DNA of 64,000 nucleotides from an uncultured Christensenellaceae bacterium (lineage in GTDB: Bacteria; Bacillota; Clostridia; Christensenellales; MGBC116941): NCBI GenBank assembly GCA_910585035.1, contig CAJUEF010000004.1, positions 1,499-65,498 on the forward strand, given 5' to 3'. Shown in pieces: positions 56,639 to 64,000 of this stretch. The notes under the pieces were generated by a model, which did not search any database, had not been told where the DNA came from, and saw only the letters and a program-made list of their open reading frames with translations. The position numbers and the translations under genes were made by a program. How positions within the stretch are numbered: the first letter of the stretch is position 1; the number at the start of each line of letters is the position of its first letter.

Positions 56639-56746
56639 AGGTTATTATAACGCAATTAAGCTTTGCGATAGCAAAGTAATGGCGGCAGCTAATTAGGCCG
56701 TCAGGTCGTAATTGTGTTCCAGTGTTTTGTGAGGTTATTATAATGT
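56639..56746 (+). repeat. family B dispersed element, short copy (B3)
   Basis: Bounded by a direct repeat aggttattataa (56639 and 56732). It shares ttataac..aattaa.ctttgcg..agcaaag...agcta.tta..ccgtcagg..taatt and gtgaggttattataa with copy B2, but lacks the nested hairpin. Confidence 0.75.
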
Positions 56747-56797
56747 GGGATTTGCAGGTAATACAGAGATAAATTTAGAGAATAAGGAGAAAGAGTT

Positions 56798-58171
56798 TTG
56801 AAACAGAGAGAAAAATTTTCATCCCGAATGGGATTTGTGCTTATTTCGGCGGGGTGCGCCATAGGTCTTGGAAATGTATGGAGGTTTCCTTTTATTACAG
56901 GTAAATATGGCGGAGCTGCATTTGTCCTGTTATATTTGATATTCCTTGTAATTATGGGGCTGCCAATAATGATTATGGAGTTTACTGTAGGTAGAGCTAG
57001 CCAGAAAAGTGTTGCCATGTCCTTTGATGCTTTGGAACCGGCGGGTTCTAAATGGCATTTGCACAAATATACGTCTATTGCAGGCAATTACCTGCTTATG
57101 ATGTTTTATACAACGGTGGCAGGGTGGATTCTTATTTATTGCTGGAAAATGGCTGTCGGCGGATTTCAGGGCATGAGTCCCACTCAGATTTCAGATGTGT
57201 TTTCACAAATAAACGCCCAGCCTCTTGTAACAGTTGGAGCCATGTTTATCGTAGTTATCGGCTGTTTTAGCATATGCTCCTTTGGCTTAAATAATGGTGT
57301 GGAAAAAGTTACAAAGATTATGATGCTGTGTCTTCTTGCGATTATGCTGGCCCTTGCAATTCATTCTGTTACTATGCCCGGGGCTGCTGAAGGCTTGTCA
57401 TTTTATCTTTTGCCGGATTTTTCAAAGCTGACGGAATACGGTCTTTTTAATGTGATTTTTGATGCAATGGGTCAGGCGTTTTTCACCCTTAGCCTTGGTA
57501 TGGGTTCCATTGCAATTTTCGGAAGCTATATTGGGAAAGAAAGATCTTTAACAGGAGAAGCTGTTATAGTTACCCTTCTTGATACATTTGTTGCGCTAAT
57601 GGCAGGATTTATTATATTTCCTGCATGCTTTACCTTTGGATTGCAGCCGGATAGCGGACCAAAATTAATTTTTGAAACCTTGCCAAACGTGTTTGCAGGT
57701 CTTCCGGGAGGGAGAATGTGGGGATTTTTATTCTTCGTTTTTCTGCTTTTTGCAGCACTGTCAACGGTTATTGCGGTGTTTGAAAACATTTTGGCATGGT
57801 GGATGGATTATAAGGACTGGAGCCGTAAAAAAACTGTTTTAATCAATGTTGTATTAATGTTAATACTATGTCTTCCATGTGTTTTGGGATTTAATTTGCT
57901 TAGCGGTGTTCAGCCTTTTGGCGCAGGAAGCACAATTATGGATCTTGAGGATTTTATTGTTAGCAATAATGTTCTGCCTTTAGGCTCCCTTATCTATTTG
58001 CTGTTTTGTACCAGCAAATACGGCTGGGGATGGAATAATTTTCTGGAGGAAGCAAACACAGGACTTGGGGCAAAATTTCCTAAATGGGTGAAGGTGTATG
58101 TGTCATATGTGCTGCCTCTTGTTATTTTGGTGATATTTATACAAGGCTACGTTGCTAAATTTTGGATTTAA
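56798..58171 (+). CDS. sodium-dependent transporter, SNF family (second paralog)
   Basis: TTG start after aaggagaaagag. SRMGFVLISAGCAIGLGNVWRFPF is the NSS signature. Confidence 0.9.
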   Translation: MKQREKFSSRMGFVLISAGCAIGLGNVWRFPFITGKYGGAAFVLLYLIFLVIMGLPIMIMEFTVGRASQKSVAMSFDALEPAGSKWHLHKYTSIAGNYLLMMFYTTVAGWILIYCWKMAVGGFQGMSPTQISDVFSQINAQPLVTVGAMFIVVIGCFSICSFGLNNGVEKVTKIMMLCLLAIMLALAIHSVTMPGAAEGLSFYLLPDFSKLTEYGLFNVIFDAMGQAFFTLSLGMGSIAIFGSYIGKERSLTGEAVIVTLLDTFVALMAGFIIFPACFTFGLQPDSGPKLIFETLPNVFAGLPGGRMWGFLFFVFLLFAALSTVIAVFENILAWWMDYKDWSRKKTVLINVVLMLILCLPCVLGFNLLSGVQPFGAGSTIMDLEDFIVSNNVLPLGSLIYLLFCTSKYGWGWNNFLEEANTGLGAKFPKWVKVYVSYVLPLVILVIFIQGYVAKFWI

Positions 58172-58185
58172 CTGAGATAGGAAAT

Positions 58186-58235
58186 CCTCTTACTTTTCTT
58201 TTTAGGAAAAAAGAAAAGTAAGCAAAAGAAAAACC
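58186..58235 (-). repeat. family A hairpin repeat, copy 10 (reverse orientation)
   Basis: Perfect 14-bp stem cttacttttctttt (58189-58202) / aaaagaaaagtaag (58209-58222). The flank caaaagaaaaacc is the reverse complement of GGTTTTTCTTTTG. Confidence 0.85.
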
Positions 58236-58302
58236 AGTTGATTTTAATATTTTATTATTTATAAATATTTTTGCAAACTTATTGTAGAAACAGAAGATAA
58301 TT

Positions 58303-58322
58303 GAAGTAAGCAAAAGAAAAAC
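58303..58322 (-). repeat. family A repeat, half copy (flank + one arm)
   Basis: gaagtaagcaaaagaaaaac repeats 58217-58234 almost exactly, but no partner arm is present. Confidence 0.6.
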
Positions 58323-58520
58323 TTTATTTAATTAAACAATGTTAGTGATAAAAAAGACAATTATCAAAAGAAAAATCAATTAACGTGTAATACATCAAAT
58401 CGGAAATTTCATTTGAAAATAGGTGATAAATTGAAAATAAAAGCCATTATAATGTAAAAAATTTAAAATAAAATGTCCGAAAATAGGTTGTTATATCTGA
58501 TTTTAAATTAATTTAAGATA

Positions 58521-58556
58521 AATAAAAAATCCCATTTAAATAATGGGATTTTTTTA
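58521..58556. terminator. bidirectional intrinsic terminator (serves cysK on the - strand)
   Basis: aaaaatcccatt (58525-58536) / aatgggattttt (58542-58553), flanked by A and T runs. Confidence 0.75.
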
Positions 58557-58586
58557 GTGTATGTAAATAATACTTTTATTAACTCT

Positions 58587-59507
58587 TTAGTTGAAAGTAT
58601 CTGTTGAAAGATATCTAAGACCTGTATCTGGAAGGATAACAGCGATATTCTTTAATTTGTTTTCAGATCTTTTGCCAACTTTTATAGCTGCTGCTAGAGC
58701 GGCACCGGAAGATATACCTACCATTAAACCCTCTGTTTTTGCAAATTCTTTTGCCTGTGCCTTTGATTCTTCCGTGGTAACGGTTATGACTTCATCTATA
58801 ACGTCCATATTAAGTACTTTTGGAATCATTCCAGCTCCTATTCCCTGAATTCCGTGAGGGCCAGGCTCTCCGCCGCTGAGGACAGGGCTGGTGCTGGGTT
58901 CAACTGCAATAACCTTTAAATTAGTGTTGTGCTTTTTAAGCTCTTCACCTACGCCTGTTATAGTTCCGCCTGTACCTACACCTGCAATGAATATGTCTAT
59001 ATTTGGGACATCGGAAAGAAGCTCGAAAGCCGTAGTAATACGGTGCGCCTGTGGGTTGGAAGGGTTTTCAAACTGAAGAGGCGAAAAGGCGTTTTCTGTT
59101 GTCATAACCAGCTCGGAGGCTTTTTTTAACGCTCCCTTCATGCCGTCTTTACCTGGGGTGAGAACTAACTCGGCTCCGTATGCTTTCATTGTTTTTTGTC
59201 TTTCAACACTCATAGTGTCAGGCATAACAATAATACATTTATAACCTAATATAGAAGACAGGTATGCAAGGGCAATTCCGGTATTTCCGCTGGTTGCTTC
59301 AATTATTGTTCCGCCGTTTCCGATAATGCCTGCCTGCTCCGCTGTTTTTATCATGGAAAGACCAATTCTATCTTTAACTGAACCTCCTGGATTAAAGTAT
59401 TCCAGCTTTAAATATACATTTGCTTCTATCCCATTAGCTTTTTCAAAGCGATTTGCTTTTAGAGTAGGGGTATTTCCTATTAATTGAGATACATCTTGGA
59501 CTAGCAT
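58587..59507 (-). CDS. cysK: cysteine synthase A (O-acetylserine sulfhydrylase)
   Basis: LIGNTPTL, the PLP-Lys motif NPGGSVKDRI, and GTGGTITG. ATG 59507 is preceded by aggaag. The track's longer start (59585) has no RBS. Confidence 0.9.
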   Translation of the reverse strand: MLVQDVSQLIGNTPTLKANRFEKANGIEANVYLKLEYFNPGGSVKDRIGLSMIKTAEQAGIIGNGGTIIEATSGNTGIALAYLSSILGYKCIIVMPDTMSVERQKTMKAYGAELVLTPGKDGMKGALKKASELVMTTENAFSPLQFENPSNPQAHRITTAFELLSDVPNIDIFIAGVGTGGTITGVGEELKKHNTNLKVIAVEPSTSPVLSGGEPGPHGIQGIGAGMIPKVLNMDVIDEVITVTTEESKAQAKEFAKTEGLMVGISSGAALAAAIKVGKRSENKLKNIAVILPDTGLRYLSTDTFN

Positions 59508-59700
59508 ATAAAAAACGCTTCCTTTCTTTTCCATATAATAATTGCCCGATGTGGTTATTTGACACGGTTTACAAGCAATTGTCATTCTATGACTATTCTA
59601 TTTTAACATAAAATGATTGAATATGTATGAAATAATTTATGAACTATTTGTGAACATTTAAACATATAGTGTCGAAATATTGCCATAGCTGTTTTGCAGG

Positions 59701-59729
59701 TTGACAAAAAATGCATGATATTTATAATT
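59701..59729 (+). promoter_or_regulatory. consensus sigma-A promoter for the fabG-fabF-accD-accA operon
   Basis: TTGACA (59701-59706), a 17-nt spacer, then TATAAT (59724-59729). Confidence 0.7.
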
Positions 59730-59822
59730 AAACCTATGTAAAATATCGGCACTAAAGGAAAGTCTTTTTATTTTATGGCCGGTTAATAGACAAAGAGTGC
59801 TTTAAAAATAAAGGAGAAAATA

Positions 59823-60554
59823 ATGGGCTGTGCAATTATTACCGGTGGCAGCAGAGGGATAGGCAGACAAATTGCTATAAATCTTTCAAGGCAAGGATAT
59901 GACATCCTAATAGGATATTTTGGAAACAGCAGTGCAGCGGAAAAGGTTTTAAGTGAGCTTAAAGCAAACGGAGTAAAGGCGGAAAGCTTTAAAGGCGATA
60001 TAAGTATGGAGCAGACTGCTAAGGATATGGTTTCAATGGCTGTAAACAGCTTTGGAACAATAGATGTGCTTGTAAATAATGCAGGTATTACAAGGGATAA
60101 TCTATTACTTAGAATGAAAACGGAAGATTTTAAAGCAGTGACAGACACGAATCTGACAGGAGCTTTTAATATGATAAGAGAAACTGCTAAACACATGGCA
60201 AAAGCAAGATATGGCCGTATAGTAAACATTACGTCGGTGGTTGGAATAGTTGGAAACAGCGGGCAATGCAATTATTCTGCAAGTAAAGCGGGACTTATAG
60301 GCCTTACAAAATCAGCGGCAAAAGAGCTGGCGGCAAGGGGAATAACTGTTAACGCCGTTGCTCCGGGATTTATAGAAACAGATATGACTGATGTTTTAAG
60401 TGACGGCTTAAAGGAAAATATTCTTTTAAATATTCCACAAAAGCGCTTTGGAAAGCCGGTGGATGTTGCTGCTGCTGTGGAATTTTTAACAAGCGAAAGG
60501 GCGGGCTATATTACGGGTCAGGTTATAAACGTATGCGGCGGAATGGTAATGTAA
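59823..60554 (+). CDS. fabG: 3-oxoacyl-[ACP] reductase
   Basis: SDR motifs TGGSRGIG, NNAG and YSASKAG. 243 aa. Confidence 0.9.
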   Translation: MGCAIITGGSRGIGRQIAINLSRQGYDILIGYFGNSSAAEKVLSELKANGVKAESFKGDISMEQTAKDMVSMAVNSFGTIDVLVNNAGITRDNLLLRMKTEDFKAVTDTNLTGAFNMIRETAKHMAKARYGRIVNITSVVGIVGNSGQCNYSASKAGLIGLTKSAAKELAARGITVNAVAPGFIETDMTDVLSDGLKENILLNIPQKRFGKPVDVAAAVEFLTSERAGYITGQVINVCGGMVM

Positions 60555-61769
60555 ATGAGAAGAGTAGTAGTTACAGGTATGGGGGCGGTTACGCCTGTTG
60601 GAAACAACGTAAATGAATTTTGGACAGGATTAAAGGCAGGAAAGCTGGGAATCAGCCCTATAGATTTTTTTGATACCGAAGGTTTTAAGGTGAAGGTGGC
60701 TGCAAAGTGTGATATTAATGTGGCAGACTACCTTGATAAAAAGGAACTTAGAAGGATGAGCCGTTTTATGCAGTTGGGTATGATTGCTGCAAGCGAGGCA
60801 ATAGAGCAGTCTGAAATTGAGAAGGGCGGCTATGAAAAGGAACGTATTGGCGTGCTTGTAGGCAGCGGTATTGGTGGTCTTTTGGCTTTTGAAACAGAAG
60901 TGCTTAAAATGGATGCTAAAAAGGTGTCTCCTTATTGTATACCCATGCTGATACTGAATATGCTTTCCGGAAGCATTGCAATTAAATATGGTTATAAAGG
61001 GCATTGCTCCGCAGTTGTAACCGCTTGTTCAACGGGCAACAATGCAATTGGAGATGGTGCAGATTTAATACGCTATGGCAAGTTGGATGCTGTCATTGTA
61101 GGCGGCAGTGAGGGGGTGCTCGGCAAGACGGAAATTGCAGGCTTTGCCAATATGATGGCTCTTACAAAGAGCGATGACCCTAAAAGGGCGTCTATTCCTT
61201 TTGATAAGGAAAGAGGCGGCTTTGTTATGGGCGAAGGCGCAGGAATATTGGTGCTTGAAGAATATGAGGCAGCTGTTAAAAGGGGAGCCAATATTCTCTG
61301 TGAAATAACCGGATATGGCTCTACATGCGACGCATATCATCTTACTGCGCCTTGTCCTGACGGAGACGGTGCAAAGAGGGCTATTGAAATTGCAATTAAG
61401 GAAGCAGGCATAGAAAAGTCAGAAGTTGGTTACATAAACGCTCACGGAACGGGAACCGCTTTAAACGACCGTATTGAAACTTTGGCTATTAAGTCGGTTT
61501 TTGGAGCCTATTCGCCTCCTGTATCTTCAACTAAATCAATGACAGGACACTTACTTGGGGCAGCGGGAGCTGTTGAGGCGATTTGCTGTATTATGGCTAT
61601 AAAAGATGGATTTTTGCCGCCGACTATTGGCTATAAAGAATTTGACCCTGAATGTGATTTGGATATAATTCCAAACAAGGGAAGAGAGCAGAAGATATCA
61701 TGTGCTCTGTCAGACTCTTTTGGTTTTGGAGGACATAATACTGCGCTTATATTTCAAGAATGCAAATAA
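60555..61769 (+). CDS. fabF: beta-ketoacyl-[ACP] synthase II
   Basis: RRVVVTGMGAVTPVGN, active-site TACSTG, and the HGTGT and GHLLGAAG motifs. Confidence 0.92.
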   Translation: MRRVVVTGMGAVTPVGNNVNEFWTGLKAGKLGISPIDFFDTEGFKVKVAAKCDINVADYLDKKELRRMSRFMQLGMIAASEAIEQSEIEKGGYEKERIGVLVGSGIGGLLAFETEVLKMDAKKVSPYCIPMLILNMLSGSIAIKYGYKGHCSAVVTACSTGNNAIGDGADLIRYGKLDAVIVGGSEGVLGKTEIAGFANMMALTKSDDPKRASIPFDKERGGFVMGEGAGILVLEEYEAAVKRGANILCEITGYGSTCDAYHLTAPCPDGDGAKRAIEIAIKEAGIEKSEVGYINAHGTGTALNDRIETLAIKSVFGAYSPPVSSTKSMTGHLLGAAGAVEAICCIMAIKDGFLPPTIGYKEFDPECDLDIIPNKGREQKISCALSDSFGFGGHNTALIFQECK

Positions 61770-61775
61770 AAAGCT

Positions 61776-62573
61776 TTGGAGATGAAGGCAATAGATAATA
61801 TATTAGAATGTATAAAATGTACCCGCTCTTTTTCTGAGCAGGAACTGGAAGAGAATATGATGGTCTGTAAAGGCTGCGGATACCATTTTCGTTTACCTGC
61901 TAAAAGGAGATTGGAATATACTGTTGATGAGGGAACTTTGACAGAATTTGAGGGAGCTGCCATTGGCAGTGATCCCCTTTCTTTTCCTGAATACAAGGAT
62001 AAACTGTTTAAGACGAGGAACGAGCTTAATATTACGGAAGCTGTTATAACTGCAACCGGAGAGATTGATGGACATAAATGCGTTGTTTGCGCTATGGATG
62101 GACGGTTTTTAATGGGAAGCATGGGTATGGCTGTTGGTGAAAAAATAACCCGCGCTTTTGAGCTTGCAACGCAAAAAAGGCTGCCGGTAATTATATTTTC
62201 GGTATCAGGCGGCGCAAGAATGCAGGAAGGTATTGTTTCTCTTATGCAAATGGCGAAAACGGCAGGAGCAGTAAAAAAACACAGCGATGCGGGGTTGCTT
62301 TATATTAGCGTACTTACAGATCCTACTACGGGAGGAGTGCTTGCCAGCTTTGCCGGGCTTGGAGATATTATTCTTGCAGAGCCAAAGGCTTATATTGGTT
62401 TTGCAGGTAAACGGGTAATTGAAAACACCCTTGGACAGACGCTGCCTAAAGGATTTCAAACCAGCGAATTTATGGTACAAAAGGGTTTTGTTGATAAAAT
62501 AGTCCACAGGAAGGATATGAAAGACACAATTTCTGCTTTGCTGGACATACATAAAGGGGGTACAGAGCTTTGA
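61776..62573 (+). CDS. accD: acetyl-CoA carboxylase carboxyltransferase subunit beta
   Basis: N-terminal zinc ribbon (CIKC...CKGCGYHFRL) and the crotonase-like CT domain (GGARMQEG). The start codon is uncertain (TTG 61776 or ATG 61782). Confidence 0.88.
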   Translation: MEMKAIDNILECIKCTRSFSEQELEENMMVCKGCGYHFRLPAKRRLEYTVDEGTLTEFEGAAIGSDPLSFPEYKDKLFKTRNELNITEAVITATGEIDGHKCVVCAMDGRFLMGSMGMAVGEKITRAFELATQKRLPVIIFSVSGGARMQEGIVSLMQMAKTAGAVKKHSDAGLLYISVLTDPTTGGVLASFAGLGDIILAEPKAYIGFAGKRVIENTLGQTLPKGFQTSEFMVQKGFVDKIVHRKDMKDTISALLDIHKGGTEL

Positions 62574-63373
62574 TGACTCCTTATGAAAAGCTAAAGACAG
62601 CTAGAATGCAGGGCAGACCAACCAGCATTGCTTACATAGAGCATATAGTTGATGGATTTATTGAACTGCATGGCGACCGCTGTTTTATGGATGATGCATC
62701 TATTATTGGCGGTGTGGGAAAGATAAACGGAATTCCTGTAACAGTTATTGCACAGGAAAAGGGCACTGATATTGAATCAAGAATGGAACGCAATTTTGGA
62801 TGTCCAAATCCCGAAGGTTACCGAAAAGCTATGCGTCTTATGAAACAGGCGGAAAAATTTCACCGTCCTGTGCTTTGTCTGGTGGATACCCTAGGAGCTT
62901 ATTGCGGGGTTGGTGCGGAAGAAAGAGGACAGGGATTTGTTATTGCAAATAATCTTGCGGAAATGATAGATTTAAAAACTCCTTGTATATCTGTTGTTAT
63001 TGGAGAAGGAGGAAGCGGCGGAGCCCTTGCCCTTGCATGCAGCGACAGAGTTTATATGCTGGAAAACTCTGTTTATTCAATTTTATCTCCGGAAGGCTTT
63101 GCAAGCATACTTTGGAAGGATAAAAACCGTGCTCCCGAGGCATGTGAAATTATGAAAATAACTGCACAGGATCTTTTATCTTTACAAATAATAGATGGCG
63201 TGATTGATGAGCCGGAGGGCGGTGCAGTTTTAAAGAGTCTAGACTTGTTTACAAAAGTTAAAAGTCTTGTATATGATGAATTTACTGCGCTTATGAAATT
63301 AGATACTGATGATTTAACCGCTCTTAGATATGATAGGTTTAGGAAAATAGGCTGTCAGATGCAGAAGATTTAA
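62570..63373 (+). CDS. accA: acetyl-CoA carboxylase carboxyltransferase subunit alpha (short form)
   Basis: RPTSIAYIEHIVDGFIELHGDR, PEGYRKA and IGEGGSGGALA. It overlaps accD by 4 nt. Confidence 0.88.
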   Translation: MMTPYEKLKTARMQGRPTSIAYIEHIVDGFIELHGDRCFMDDASIIGGVGKINGIPVTVIAQEKGTDIESRMERNFGCPNPEGYRKAMRLMKQAEKFHRPVLCLVDTLGAYCGVGAEERGQGFVIANNLAEMIDLKTPCISVVIGEGGSGGALALACSDRVYMLENSVYSILSPEGFASILWKDKNRAPEACEIMKITAQDLLSLQIIDGVIDEPEGGAVLKSLDLFTKVKSLVYDEFTALMKLDTDDLTALRYDRFRKIGCQMQKI

Positions 63374-63470
63374 AAATTGTTTTATTTTATCTTTAAAAAG
63401 CATTGTCTTTACTGTTTTATGTAATTACAATTATAAACTGATTTTGTTGATTATAATTAATTTTAAAGTA

Positions 63471-63510
63471 TTCCACCTTTGTTCTTATATAAAGGTGGAA
63501 TATTTACTTT
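63471..63510 (+). terminator. intrinsic terminator after accA
   Basis: ttccaccttt (63471-63480) / aaaggtggaa (63491-63500) followed by tatttacttttt. Confidence 0.6.
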
Positions 63511-63840
63511 TTAAGAGTATTTATATCTATAAATATATCGTTTTTATAATATAATCTATAAATATATTTGCTTTTTTTAAAGGAAAATGACGAATAAAAT
63601 TTTCATTGTATTAAGAGAAATGTTTATAATTTAGCATATTTATATCTTTTTATTAATTATAAGTCAAATTATAAGTCAAAAAAGTTGATACAATAATGAC
63701 TGTTTTTTACAAATTTTTTACTAATAATAATAAAATTATTTGCAAAATTACTGATATTATATTATTATATTATATTATATTGTAAGGTAAAATTATCTTA
63801 CTGTCAGTTGACTTAAAAACTTTACTTTCAAGGGGGAACT

Positions 63841-64000
63841 ATGAAATACATTCTTTTTGTTGGAGACGGAATGGCGGATTTACCTATTAAGGAACTTCAA
63901 AATAAAACTGTTTTGGAATATACTCTTTGTCCTGTTATGAGCAAGCTGGCATCTGCCGGAGAAATAGGCACGGTGCAGACTGTTCCGGTTACAGTGTCTC
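63841..64000 (+). CDS. cofactor-independent (archaeal ApgM-type) phosphoglycerate mutase family protein, 5' fragment
   Basis: MKYILFVGDGMADLPIKELQNKTVLEY matches the remembered ApgM N-terminus (M.Y....GDGMAD.P...L.GKTPL). RBS aggggga is present. The ORF continues past the window end. Confidence 0.7.
   Translation, partial: MKYILFVGDGMADLPIKELQNKTVLEYTLCPVMSKLASAGEIGTVQTVPVTVS

Noticed and set aside
59508-59700. A possible T-box or S-box leader upstream of cysK (- strand), and likewise upstream of glnS-gltX.
   Set aside because: The reverse-complemented region shows no T-box sequence (GGTGGTACCGCG-like), no AGAGA or GNUGG elements and no terminator/antiterminator pair. glnS starts 11 nt after the preceding gene, so there is no leader.

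Overview
The window is an AT-rich chromosomal segment from a spore-forming Firmicute, probably a member of the Clostridia (spoIIM, spoIIP and spoVG are present). Most of it is housekeeping and most genes lie on the + strand.

Gene content in order:
- 1-14.7 kb: pyk 3' end, an AGCS alanine symporter, degV, an M1 metallopeptidase lipoprotein, radC, an MBL hydrolase, glnS-gltX, a CDF transporter, DUF3006 + ComEC-like MBL + sortase B.
- 14.7-24.9 kb: a T-box-controlled branched-chain amino acid cluster, ilvB-ilvN-ilvC-ilvD-cimA-leuC-leuD-leuB.
- 25.0-29.9 kb: a small XRE/AbrB islet, a four-gene operon (IscU-like scaffold + GGGtGRT-motif protein + small membrane protein + YbjQ), and an orphan M15 peptidase-holin pair.
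- 30.0-48.8 kb: murC, then the conserved purR-spoVG-glmU-prs-pth-mfd block, two tandem PrsA-like PPIases, an EF-G paralog, spoIIM, a Fur-family regulator, murI, spoIIP.
- 49.1-64.0 kb: two SNF-family and one SSS-family Na+ symporters, nfnAB, cysK, fabG-fabF-accD-accA, and the 5' end of an archaeal-type phosphoglycerate mutase.
- I found no rRNA, tRNA, CRISPR array, transposase or integrase.

Main observations from the hunt:
1. A very dense family of about 45-nt A/T-rich hairpin repeats with a conserved GGTTTTCTTTTTG flank. There are at least 12 copies. Stem bases differ between copies but always in compensating pairs. One locus is a 107-108 bp tandem array and another is a MITE-like inverted pair.
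2. A second dispersed element of about 110-140 bp (family B), found in the 5' regions of ilvC, the EF-G paralog and both SNF transporters. It also carries a hairpin with compensating stem changes.
3. The IscU-like + GGGtGRT operon, which has no known function.
4. A T-box whose specifier is most likely AUC (Ile), in front of a citramalate-route isoleucine cluster.
5. An endolysin-like/holin cassette with no prophage around it.

All calls come from reading the sequence and from remembered family motifs. No database search or folding program was run.
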